Positions 13,376-25,469 of a stretch of DNA of 64,000 bases are shown here, piece after piece. Under the pieces are notes generated by a model. It saw only the letters and a program-made list of their open reading frames with translations. It made no database searches and was not told the origin of the DNA. This DNA comes from Octopus sinensis (lineage: Eukaryota): the NCBI RefSeq assembly GCF_006345805.1, contig NC_043005.1, forward strand, positions 51,522,001 through 51,586,000. The letters are read 5' to 3'. Within the stretch, counting starts at the first letter, position 1, and each line of letters starts with the position of its first letter. The translations under genes were made by a program, and so were the position numbers.

Positions 13376-13650
13376 GGGGAAATATTACTTTACTTGGGAA
13401 GCGATGAGGATTGGCGACAGGAAGGGAATCCGAGCGTAGTTAATCCGCCTCAGCAAATTCCTTCCAACCCATGCGAGCATGGAAAAGTGGACGTTAAACC
13501 ACGACTACGACGATGTATTACAACGTAAACAAGGTTGCGTGAACGTTAGACGGTTGAAGGCCCGTCGGTTAAGTATCAGTGTACTAATAATACAATGTGA
13601 GGCTATAAATATATATCGTGTTTTATTTACACTACGCCACAAAATAATTT

Positions 13651-14034
13651 CGCATACATACACAAGTGTGCCCCCCCCTCTTAACTTTCTGAGAAATGGA
13701 TATTTCGTAATGAAATTTTCTACAAGTACTTTTTAGATTATTCAGATTCCAAGTATATCAGAATTTAATGTGGAAAATACAAAAATAATAATAATAATAA
13801 ACACGTCACATATATATTTACAAAATGAAACTTGAAATTTCGAAAAAGTTTTGTATTGTATGACAGAATGTAGATGTGCGCAACTACTAGTTTTGTCTGG
13901 GGTTAGGACGGGACTCCGCATTAAATTCCGATATAGTCACAATCTATACCGTCTTGCAGGTGTTTGTAGAAAAATTTCATTTAAAAATACCCACTTTTCT
14001 GAAAGTTACGAGGGCACACTTGTGTAGGTATGCC
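13651..14034. mobile_element. MITE family B (GGCATACCTACAC-type ends, about 65-bp TIRs); related pieces at about 6580-6860, 7390-7690, 16270-16870
   Basis: The left end ..GCATACATACACAAGTGTGCCC..AAATTTTCTAC is the reverse complement of the right end GTAGAAAAATTTC..GGGCACACTTGTGTAGGTATGCC. Possible degenerate 8-bp TSD AATAATTT/AATAGTTA. Confidence 0.7.
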
Positions 14035-14837
14035 AATAGTTAAGTAAAAGGAGAAAAAAAATTTATTAAGCTTAACGTAAAGAAATTTAGGCATTACTTA
14101 AATACAGAGGACCATTGGATTACGTAGAGGCGTCGAGACCTCTATTTGTTTTAACATTGCTTCTAAATCATTGTTTTATATTAAAAAAAAAAAACCCATT
14201 AAAATATCAACGTAAACTTAACATTTAAAAATATATATTTTACTACGCTCCAATAGGAAGTCAGCAATTAGGCTGCTATTTCTAGCAGGGTTGCTCACTG
14301 CTGGAAGCACTTTCTCGTTTTACTACAATTTGCTTCTATTTATATTCCTCTTTCCTCGCCTGTCTATACCAGACCTAATCTGTCTGTTTACTCGATGCGT
14401 ATATGTGTGTGTTTGTGTGTACTGAATTCCTAACTTTCTATTTTATATAGCTTTTATCTACAATTGTAATGAATTTCTTCGCACTTAAATGTCGAAGCGT
14501 TACTTTTTCTTTACGCCTCCGCCAACAACCACCTTCACACTCAGCTTTTATTTTGAATTTTGACAATAAATACTCGATTGTATTGTTTGCGATTTACCGG
14601 GTTTATTTTTTTTTAGAGCAAGCGGAATCGTTAGCATTTTCGGACAAAGTGTTAAGCGGCGTTTCTTCCTGGTTTACTTTCTGAGGTCGACTTCGTGATA
14701 TTGAAACTAGTGCGTGGTCGACTTTGCCATCCAATCTCTCGGAGTCGATAAAATAAGTGTCAACTGAGTACTGGGGTCGGTCAATGTAGTTGACTACCCC
14801 CCCCCCACCACCACCACCCTGCTAAAATTGTTGTTAA

Positions 14838-15535
14838 GGCGGCGAACTGGCATAAACGTTAGCACGCCGGGTGAAATGCGTGGACGTATTTCGTCTGCCG
14901 TTACGTTCTGAGTTCAAATTCCGCCGAGGTTGACTTTGCCTTTTCATCCTTCCGAGGTCGATAAATTAAGTACCAGTTATGCACTGGTGGTCGATGTAAT
15001 CGACTTAATCCGTTTGTCTGTCCTTATTTGTCCCCTCTGTGTTTAGCCCCTTGTGGGTAGTAAAGAAATAGGTATTTCGTCTGCCGCTACGTTCTGAGTT
15101 CAAATTCCGCCGAGGTTGACTTTGCCTTTTCATCCTTCCGGGGTCGATAAATTAAGTACCAGTTATGCACTGGTGGTCGATGTAATCGACTTAATCCGTT
15201 TGTCTGTCCTTATTTGTCCCCTCTGTGTTTAGCCCCTTGTGGGTAGCAAAGAAATAGGTATTTCGTTTGTCTCCATGTTCTGAGTTCAAATTCCACCGAG
15301 GTTGACTTTGCCTTTCATCCTTCCGGGGTCGATAAATTAAGTACCAGTTGCGCACTGGTGGTCGATGTAATCGACTTAATCCGTTTGTCTGTCCTTATTT
15401 GTCCCCTCTGTGTTTATCCCCTTGTGGGTAGTAAAGAAATAGGTATTTCGTCTGTCTCCATGTTCTGAGTTCAAATGCTTGCCGGGGTCGATAAATTAAG
15501 TACCAGTTATGCACTGGGGTCGATGTATTCGATTA
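14838..15535 (+). repeat. Tandem array of SINE family S2 body: one head plus 3 full units of about 186 bp and one partial unit
   Basis: Units start GTATTTCGT at 14886, 15072, 15258 and 15443. Confidence 0.92.
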
Positions 15536-15859
15536 GACCCCTCCCTCAAAATTTTAGGCCTTATACCTATAGTAGAGAGGATTATTATTGTTGTTAGTTG
15601 ACAGAATCGTTAGTACGCGGGGTAAATGCTAAGCGGCATTTCTTCTTTATCATTATTTTTTTTTTGCTCGAATCCCGCAGTAGTCAACTTAGCCTTTCAT
15701 CCTTTCGGGGTCAATGAAATAAAAAGTACCAGACGATTACTGGGGTTTATCTAATCGACTAGCCCACTTCCGCAAATTTCAGGATTAAGAATAATTTATA
15801 ATTGTTATAAATTTGTGTTGATACTAGTGCCTATTTGAATTCAACATGCTGCTATTTTC

Positions 15860-16078
15860 GGCGAGCTGGCAGAATCGTTAGCACGCCGGACGAAATGCTT
15901 AGCGGTATTTCGTCTGTCGCTACGTTCTGAGTTCAAATTCCACCGAGGTCGACTTTGCCTTTCATCCTTTCGGGGGCCGATTAAATAAGTACCAGTTACG
16001 CACTGGGGTCGATGTAATCGACTTAATCCGTTTGTCTGCCTCCTCTATGTTTAGCCCCTTGTGGGCAATAAAGAAATA
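15860..16078 (+). mobile_element. tRNA-derived SINE family S2 monomer. Others: 5155-5325, 8183-8338 (-), 16987-17195, 18610-18835, 29715-29860, 31105-31262 (-), 31340-31495 (-), 33066-33300 (-)
   Basis: GGCGAGCTGGCAGAATCGTTAGCACGCC head, GAGTTCAAATTCC B box, central TGCCTTTCATCCTTTCGGGG..GATAAATTAAGTACCAG. From memory this central part resembles the Meta-SINE domain; unverified. Confidence 0.85.
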
Positions 16079-17500
16079 TATTTTCTTCAGCAATTGTCTC
16101 TGTGTAAGAGAGACAGACTGACAGACGCAGACTTCGTCGTAACTTTATTTCTTTTTTTTTTTTTACATTAAACAAGCGGGGGAAAAAAATAATTCCTCCA
16201 CAAACGCACCCTTTTTGACTTTGTTTCCTCATAGCTACCAGAAAAATTGATTTTTTTTTTCTTTGCAAATATGCTTCAGGTTGTGCAGATTCTGATTATC
16301 TTGGAATTTAGTGTGATTTTTTTTTTGTTTTCGAAGGTGGGGAGAGGAGTATCTGAAAATTCACAAAAGTCGGCTTTGTTTCTTCATAACTTTGAGAAAA
16401 ATGAATATTCTTTTAATGAAATTTTCTATAAATACCATTCAGATATATATTACGATTATATCGAAATTTGATATGAAAAAAAAAAAAATGGTGGGCTCAC
16501 ACTGATATATACTGACATATCACACTTTTTTTCTTTTTTCCCAGAAATTTCAAGTTCCATTCTGTGATGTGTGCGAGCCGACGAATTTTTCTTTTTTTTT
16601 TTTTTCATTTTAAATTTCGACAGTGTCGTATCTGAAAGGTATATATAGAGAAAATTTCATCGAAAAATACCCAGTTTTCGGAAAGCTAACTAATGTGAAT
16701 TTTCCGAAACTTCTCTCCCGATACTCCTAATAACTTTTTTTTCACATATTACCAATGTAATCGGAATTTACACCATCTGAAGCATAAATATATAGAAAAT
16801 TTCCTTTAAGTTATTCATTTTTCTAGAAGTTATGAGGAAAGAAAATCAAGGCGGGGGCACATTTGTGTAGTTATACCTTTATTATTATTTTATTTATTTA
16901 TATTATACTACTTTCAGTATCAGCGTTGTAAATTGTGTGATCATAGAAATATGTTTATCAGAAATTAATATTAAGATAGCCTTTTAGGCGGCGAGGTGGC
17001 AGAATCGCTAGCACGCCGGGCAAAATACTTAGCGACATTTCGCCTGTCTTTCTTTACATTCTGAGTTCAAATTCCGCCGAGGTCCTCTTTGCCTTTTAAA
17101 GTCGTACCAGTTCAGCAATAATGTCGATGTAATTGACTTACCCACTCACCAAAAATTTCTGGCCTTGTGCCAGAATTTGAAACCAATTATTAAGACAACT
17201 TTTCCAATATGATGTATTTCTTCTTCGCTACTTCTTAATATAAATCTGCGTCCATGCGTGTGTGTATGTTTATCTGTACATGCACAATTACACACACAAT
17301 ATATATATATGTATATATTCTTATATTCTTTCGCTTGTGTCAGTCATTGAAGTGTGTCCATGCTGAGGCACTGGACCGAAGAGTTTTAGTCGATCAGACC
17401 CCCCCCCGCCTGTACTCATTCTAATGGCTCCTCATTTTCCCGAACTGCTATGTAATGTAGAGGTAAACAAACTTACATAATTGTCAAGAAGTGAAGTACG

Positions 17501-17535
<35 letters not shown>

Positions 17536-18879
17536 TTTAATGAGTTTCCGACAGTTTCCATTAAACCTAATTCACCCGTAAAACATTGATCGACCCTGCG
17601 AAGGTAAAGAATACGCACACCACACGTTTTCGGCGGTTAGATTTAGGTTTAGGGCTAGGTTTGGGGTTAAGGTTATGCCGAGAACGGGTGGTGTTCGTAT
17701 TCTTTACCTCCGCCGTCAACCCAAGCTTATATTAAAAGACGCTTGTCTGAGTTACTCTGCCAAGTGGGGACCGAACCCCAAACCACGTAGTTGTGATGTA
17801 AACATCATTTCTTAACCACCCAGCCATACTTTCACATTTCCGGAGTGATGAAAACCTAGAAAAATAATTAATTATGGGGGAAGTTAATGAATTGAGATAC
17901 ATAAAAATAACTAATGTCAATAAACTAGATTCCTTAACAATTAACACACTCTCTCTCTACTGGCCTTAGGTATAATTTTAATGTTTTAATTTGTGTAGGT
18001 TGTTTATACTTCGACTGAAGTTTGTAGCGTAGGATTGACGATTCACATCAAATCGTACTTTTCAACGGCTTTCAAATGTTCTTAAATTTACTTGTTTTTC
18101 TGGGTGTGCTTACTTACGAGGTAGTAAAGATTAGAACTGACTCCAGAAAGATTTGGTAATTTTCTTTCACGTAAATAAATGCTTGTGTTAATTTAAGAAT
18201 TTACCAGCAAAATCTTACAAAATGACGATGTTCTAAAATAATGTTTCATTTAGATGGAAATAGAATTGAATTAAAACTCGCTATTACAAACAACATTGCT
18301 TTAGACTGCTATGATCGTGGTTAACGTTTCTATTAAATGAATATATGAGTAACTTTACTTCCTGTATAAGTTTTGCACAATTATTGTAAATTTTTTTCTT
18401 TATTCTTTCAATCTTTCAGGACAGGAGTCGTAACAGTTTCGTGTGTGTGTGTGAAATAAAACTGTTTTTTATTCAAATTTCTTCCAGAGCATTAATGCGG
18501 TCTATAGTTCCAAGGGACGCAACCCTATTGATGTTTCGTGATGTTTCAATTTTGCCTCGTCTTTGATAATTAAATTAAATCTACCTAAATATTTGGTTCT
18601 TGTTATTATGAGCTGCCAGAATCGTTAGCTCGCTGGGCAAAATGCTTAGCGGCATTTCGTCCATTTTTACATTCTGAGTTCAAATTTCGTCGAGGTTGAC
18701 CTTACTTTTCATCCTTTCAGAGTCGATAAAATAAGTACAAGTACCAGTTGAGTACTGGTGTCGATGTAATTGGCTCTCCGCCTACCGTTTCCCACCTAAA
18801 TTTCAGACCTTGTGCCTTTAGTAGAAAGGATTATTATTATTATTATAGAATTAATTATTATTATTATTGTTATTATTAT

Positions 18880-19205
18880 TGAGTGAGTGAGAGAGAAGTG
18901 CATGCCATCAAAGTGACACTGGGGTTAAATATACGAAGCCCAGTATACCCATCATGACTACCTGTCTGATAAGGGTACACCAGTGACATGCATCACAACC
19001 ATACATGTGCTATATGGTGATCTCATATCAAGATAGACAGCGCATGCCCTTACAGGTGGGGGCCCAGTTAGAATTTTCATCAGGTCGAGTATCCCATCCC
19101 ACTCAAAAGATCCCTGAATAAGGGTTGTTTAAGGATGTTAAACGAAACACCATGTTTCCAGAGGTGAATTATCCAAACCCCAAAGAATTCCTCTCAATAC
19201 GTGGC
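18880..19205 (-). mobile_element. Retroposon 3' segment with (AAT)n tail, embedded in (TTA)n tracts
   Basis: A GC-balanced 325-bp block between two TTA microsatellites whose minus strand ends CTCTCACTCAATAATAATAAT. Family assignment is from recall only. Confidence 0.5.
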
Positions 19206-19324
19206 TATTATTATTATTATTATTATTGTTATTAATATCATCATCATCATCATTATTATATAAAGATGAATATATATTTAATATATTAATTTGTTTGTTT
19301 TTATCATTATTATTTTTATTATTA

Positions 19325-19370
<46 letters not shown>

Positions 19371-19467
19371 AGGATGAATATATATTTAATGTATTAATTT
19401 GTTTTGTTTTTTCTTTGCAGTTTCTTCAACAAATGACACTTGACTCTTAAAAAAAATCTCTATTTGA

Positions 19468-19527
<60 letters not shown>

Positions 19528-21088
19528 TAGGATTTCGACTTCCTTTAAGAGTTGAGAACTATATTAGTTGCAGTGCCATTTGCTTATATGGTGCCTGTAA
19601 AAGTTGGCTCAGGTACGAAATGTCCTGTCAGTATTCTCAGGTGGAATTCTGTAAAAAGAAAAAAAAAAATTTTTTAAAAAAGAAAGAAAAACCATAACAA
19701 TTAAAAACCAGCAACTGCAGGAATCTAAATTAAGTAAGTATATAACTAATGACGGACAAGAAAGAAGAAAAAAAAACAAAGAAAAATATGTAAAGAGAAA
19801 TGACTGAAAAACAACAGACAATAATCTTGTCAACAAAGAAATTACTTTCATTCCCTTTCATTCGGGTGGGGTGGGAAAACTTTATAAAAATGATATCATT
19901 CATTCAAATATTCAGACATCATTTTAAGAACTATTCAGTGATTAAAGCTGTCCAAGGTGAATTTCCAGCACACTCCTGTACTTATTCAATACCTTACATT
20001 ACATACATACATGCTCATTCACTGTATGTTATATACATTCTGATACAATGTATTATGCATACATACATAATACATACATGCATACATACAACTATTAAAA
20101 CAAAGAATTTTAACCTTCTTGAATTAGGAGAAGGAACATGGAAATGCTTGGACTTATTCCAAAGATAAGGTTTATTTCTTTTTCTTGTATCATTATTATT
20201 ATTGTTATTATCATTATCATTATTATTATCATTATCATTATTATTATCATTATTATTATTATTATTATTATGCATTCTTCTTATATGCAATATATAACTG
20301 ATTGATGTTACATCTGTGACAAGAGAAGGAGGTGAGGAGAAGAAGGCAAAAAATGGTTAAGTACAACACGGACAGTTGAGGGGAAGGACAAAGTGTTGGC
20401 ATATGTGAGAAGAGCACCAAACTAAATACCTTACAGCATTTAAGTCTCGTGTATCAATAATCTGTGTCCAAATCCTGCTTGGATTAAGTGAGCACCAGTG
20501 GGAGGGAATCATCATCGACTCAGTCAAATCCTTCTCTTCTGCACAGCACAGTTGCTCTTGTCCTTTATATGAAGAATCAACATCAGTGTTTTAAAATTAC
20601 CAAAAAAAGCAAACTCAAAAAAGAAAAAAATTATATCCCCACAATAAGACTTTATTGTTTTGCAGATGTAATAATAACAACAATAATAATAATAATAATG
20701 ATAATAACAATAAGGATAATAATATCTGATTGTTTGTTCGGGGAGGGGATGGATGGAGAAAAGTTGAAGTGTTGTTTTAAACGAGAGATTTAATTACAGG
20801 TTTTGGTGTTTTCTCATTTTTGTTTCTCAATAATGCAGACTGATGTGTAAAAAAAAAAACAACAAAAGACCCCAGAAAAACAAAAAAAAACCTACCAAAA
20901 CATTGGCTATATGACCGTTCTTTTTTTTTTTCTCAATTTTTTTTTTGTTTTGTTTTGTTTTTTCCACTGATCTCTGTCTTACTGTAATATCTCACTAAAT
21001 ACGTATCTATTGCATATTCTCTCTTTCACTCTCTCTTTTACAGCCCTTCCTTGTATGAGCTTAAAAACACATCTGTTAATATATGAGG

Positions 21089-21119
<31 letters not shown>

Positions 21120-21750
21120 AAATGAATGGCTTTAAATATCACAACATTAGACATTGGATGTTGAAAAGAAGAACAACAATATTAAAAAAAAATAATAAAA
21201 GGATGTTTTTCAGGATTATTGCAATGCCTACTAAATTCAGTGATTGAACATTTGAAATAAATGAAAAAAGAAAAAAAATCAAACCAACTAAATATGAAAT
21301 TTCTTCTGTTACAAGAAAGCATCAAATGAAAGGGAATCTTGCCAGCTAGTATTCAAGCAAACATCATCATTCTTGTTCTCCAGAAACGATGGGGGAAAAG
21401 AAACAAAAAAAAAAAAACACAAAAAACAACAAAATAAAATAAAATAATAAATAAGCAAACAAATATAAAATAAAAAGATATGTACAGAAAGACTCATTAA
21501 TTATACAGTGCTAATTATTTTTCTATATGTAACTTGGTTGATGAAGATTCACATCAACTGACATTTGAGTGATTTTGTCAAATGTTTGATAAAAAAAAAT
21601 GAAGTGTTTTTCCAGCAAAAATGATAATAATAATAATAATTGCTTCTATTGATGTAGTTTCATGTCTCACCATTTCTTCTTCTTTTCTTGTTCTTCATTT
21701 ACTTTAGTATACTATGTGTGTATATAGATATGTATATATATATGTATATA

Positions 21751-21808
<58 letters not shown>

Positions 21809-23710
21809 CATACACACCATACATACATGCACACACACACGCACATATATATATACATACATGCACACATATATATACATACACATGTGATTGTGAGGTA
21901 TTTTAAAATCTCAAGGGTCTCAGTTTGCATCTTACTAACAGTTTACTCTTAGAATCTTGCAAAAACCATTCTCAATAGCCCAGTCATCCTAGCTATATAT
22001 GGCCATCATAAGGATTTATAGAAGCATAAAACAACACACACAAAAAAAAAACTGCAAGACTAGTCAGTTCATTAATTTTGGATTCAGCTCTATATTTAAA
22101 TACTGTCTGTTTAACGAATACACTTAATTTCCATGCCCTGTCCCCTCACCCCATTTCAGTTGACCATTTAGAATAGGTACCGAATGTTACCTTCATTGAA
22201 CTAATACACTGTCCAGTTAATTTTGTCTTTCATTCACCTAAACACTGTGCAACTTAGAGCTAAGCTTTCTGTCTTTAAATAGACACTTTTTGGGGTTTAT
22301 TGAAGAGGCCTTATATTTAATAAGGTTTTTTTTCATTGCTTGTAATGTCCCCACCACCTCACCCTCACTTTTATTAGTTACATGGATAATCCAACACGTT
22401 ACGAAGGTTAATCGCATATCGAAGGCTAGTCTGATAAATGAAGATTGTGTGTTTTCAACAAGCTTTTCTCCTTTTTTAAACAAGATTTCATCTCTCACTT
22501 GACTGAGACAGCTCAAGTGCTGGCTGATCAACTAGCATAATTGTTTGACAGGTGGAATCACAGGTATGCATTGATATTTGTGTTTGTGTGTGTGTGTGCA
22601 TGCAGCAAAACACACACAAACACATATTATAATGCACCTATTTATTTGCATATTAATAAATTTTAGTCTTTTAAAATCTCTCACCTACATTTACACAGCC
22701 CTTCCACTCAATTCATAGATTCACCGTAGATGTGTGCATGTCTTCTTTTTATATACATATATATAAACACACACACATATATGTATATATATATGGATAT
22801 ATATATATGCATGTATGTATGGATATTATGTGTGTATGTGTATATATATGTATGTATGGATATTATGTGTGTGTGTATATATATATAAATATAAGCATAT
22901 GTATATGTATATATATATATTCACAAAGTTATTAATTTATTTAAAAATATATACAAATGATATTTTATATTTTGATTTTTACAAAAAATTTTTTTCATCT
23001 ATTTAATTAAGATTTTAATTAAAGCCCTGTTTTTATTTTATTTCATTTTTTTTTATTTCTCTTCCTTCCATCATCGCATTATTTTTATAATAATCAGCAA
23101 TAGTAGATCTTAAGTAGTTTTAGACCATTTAAAAGACTTTTTTAAAAAAATATATATATAAATAAAATTACAAAAAAAAAAACTCCCACAAAAAACTAAA
23201 TTAAAAAAGTAAAAACAGAACAAAGCAATTACCCAGAGAAATTAAAAGTTATTTATTCAGATATATAACAGAAATCTATCAAAAAAATATATATATGTAT
23301 AATTTAAAAAAACATTTTTTTTAATCCACACATGTCCCCAATATTGCAAATCCAGTGGCAGTTAAGTTGGCAGAAGTGGTACCAGGCATCACCCAGATTT
23401 GATGACACTTTGTGTGTGTGTGTGTGTGTGTTTCTAATTTTTAGTTCTTGTCGTGGATTGTTTGAAAATGCAAGTTTTGCGTGTTTGTTGTCCGTCATTC
23501 AAGATCAATGAAATGTATATTTAGTTTTATACTGGGTTGGTGGGGATGGGGGGGGAGCTCAGTTTAGCTTAGTATATTATTACATTTACTTGACCCCCTT
23601 CAGAAATTGGTCTCATGACAGCTTGGGAGAAAAGGGGAAAAAGAATAACAATCAACACACAACATATAAGATGATTCAAAACTCCTCTGAGCATGCATGA
23701 ATACATACAG

Positions 23711-23747
<37 letters not shown>

Positions 23748-23949
23748 CCGGAGCTAGCACATAAATGTGAAACAAGGTGGAAAAAAGAGTACTCAAATAC
23801 CACAGGTAGAGTAATATGCTTTATTTAAAAGCACCAGAAATATAACAAAATGTAACAAAAGCTGTTACTCAGAGTTTCATGTCCCCGTTCGTTGGGAACA
23901 TGAAACTGAGTAACAGCTTTTGTTATATTTCTGCTGCTTTTAAATAAAG

Positions 23950-23986
<37 letters not shown>

Positions 23987-24342
23987 TAGGTCTTGGTAGG
24001 TTGTTGCAAACCTATGGTATTTCCAGGAACTCTCAACCCGAATACTGGGCTTTCAACACTGTCAGGTTCCAGACCAATGCAGGAATTCTTCAGGTGTAGA
24101 AAATCCTTGTTTCCCAACAGTCACACTGTAATGTGGGTTTGGTGAAAAGTTAACTGTAATCCAAATAATAATAGACAAAGAAATTCTTTAACATATCTTT
24201 GTCATATTATTTGGATTATATATATATATATGTGTGTGTGTGTGTTACATAATTGTTAAAGAGGGTAACAAACGTTAAGGCAAGGCAAACATCTCAAGTC
24301 ATATACATTATTATTATTATTATTGGAAGAAAAAAATTCAAA

Positions 24343-24398
24343 GTCTTACAGCTGTTTCTGAGATATTCCAGAGTATAGGATATTCCGTCATCAGAGAT
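24343..24398 (-). ncRNA. Minimal type-I hammerhead ribozyme-like motif (Penelope-type terminus)
   Basis: Minus strand TCT-CTGATGA-[helix II]-GAAACAGCTGTA-AGA: canonical core, palindromic helix III ACAGCUGU, GUA cleavage triplet, 3-bp helix I. Helix II is bulged. Confidence 0.5.
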
Positions 24399-24967
24399 AA
24401 ACAGAGAAAAGGGAAAAAGGATATATATTAATTAAATGATGACATAGAGGAAGGGAGTAAAGGAATAAGGAGATGAAGAGAGAGAAGAAATGGCATATAA
24501 GTGACCATGACTGCAACAGTCTCCCTAAATGTAATGCCAGCTCATCACAGGGTTATCCATGTACAGCTGAGTTGGCTGGAGTCACATGAAAATAAAGTGC
24601 TTTGCTCAAGAGCAAAATACACTGCTTGATCTTGGAATTGAAACCGTGATCTTGAGTGCAACACCCTAACTACTAGGCCATGCACCTTCACACACACACA
24701 CACACACACATATATATTCTCACATGATCAGTAGCTTGTGGATTCATTTCCTGAGCCAGGTAATGTGTTGTGTACTTCATTTCTTATTGTTCCAATGTAC
24801 TCAAATGAAATGAATACTAACCCGGGTATTCTGCTGTAAGAAGCATGCAAAGATTAAGAAGGTGTCTATGTGCCTGCTCACAGTTTCATGGGATTAAAAA
24901 AACAATTGCTGTCAGCATAATAAATACTAGCAAGTCATCCTTGCATGTTATACATGCACGTTGTTCC

Positions 24968-25010
<43 letters not shown>

Positions 25011-25435
25011 GAAATACAAAATGGGACAAGAACGCAAAACATCCGGACAACTAGGTGATACAAAAAAGGACAACAAAACATCCAGATAGATGATACAAAA
25101 AAACACGGACGGGTCATTCCAAGCCTTTTTTATCTTCAGTCAAGAACCGGATCATCCTCGCAATTTCGGCTGTTTAATCTTGAGATTGCTCCAATCTGGC
25201 CAGACCCAAGGAAAAACTACGTTAAGAGCATTAGATTCTTTGGAAAAAAGCATCGAATGTATATGAAACAAGGACGGAAAAACGGACGATGTTACACGAA
25301 TATAAATACAAAAATAATACAAAAAAACAATAATAATAATAATAATAACAGGACACAACAACAGGCGTCTTTTGACTGGGGACGAATTGAATTCAGCTGG
25401 CGTGTTGGGAATTAAGCCTTACAGCAGAGGGAAGA

Positions 25436-25469
<34 letters not shown>

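Noticed and set aside
20490-20562. TGA-containing frame TRATVLCRREGFD*VDDDSLPLVLT as a possible selenoprotein
   Set aside because: No Sec-type motif, no SECIS identified, and another frame is fully open.
21930-21985. Minus-strand peptide DDWAIENGFCKILR resembling the cathepsin B WGxNGFFKILRG motif
   Set aside because: No other papain-family motifs (QxxCGSCW, the catalytic His/Asn region) were found nearby.
22238-22531. 97-aa minus-strand ORF of protein-like composition
   Set aside because: It starts at TTG, has no recognisable motif, and the opposite strand is also open. Several incompatible micro-exon readings exist on both strands.
22552-22563. 12-nt plus-strand micro-exon GGIT(G) resembling the SLC25A1 N-terminus
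   Set aside because: Too short, and no adjoining carrier exons were found.
25130-25260. Further hammerhead-like words (CTGAAGA, CCGAAA) on the minus strand
   Set aside because: The order and helices do not assemble into a complete core in this copy.
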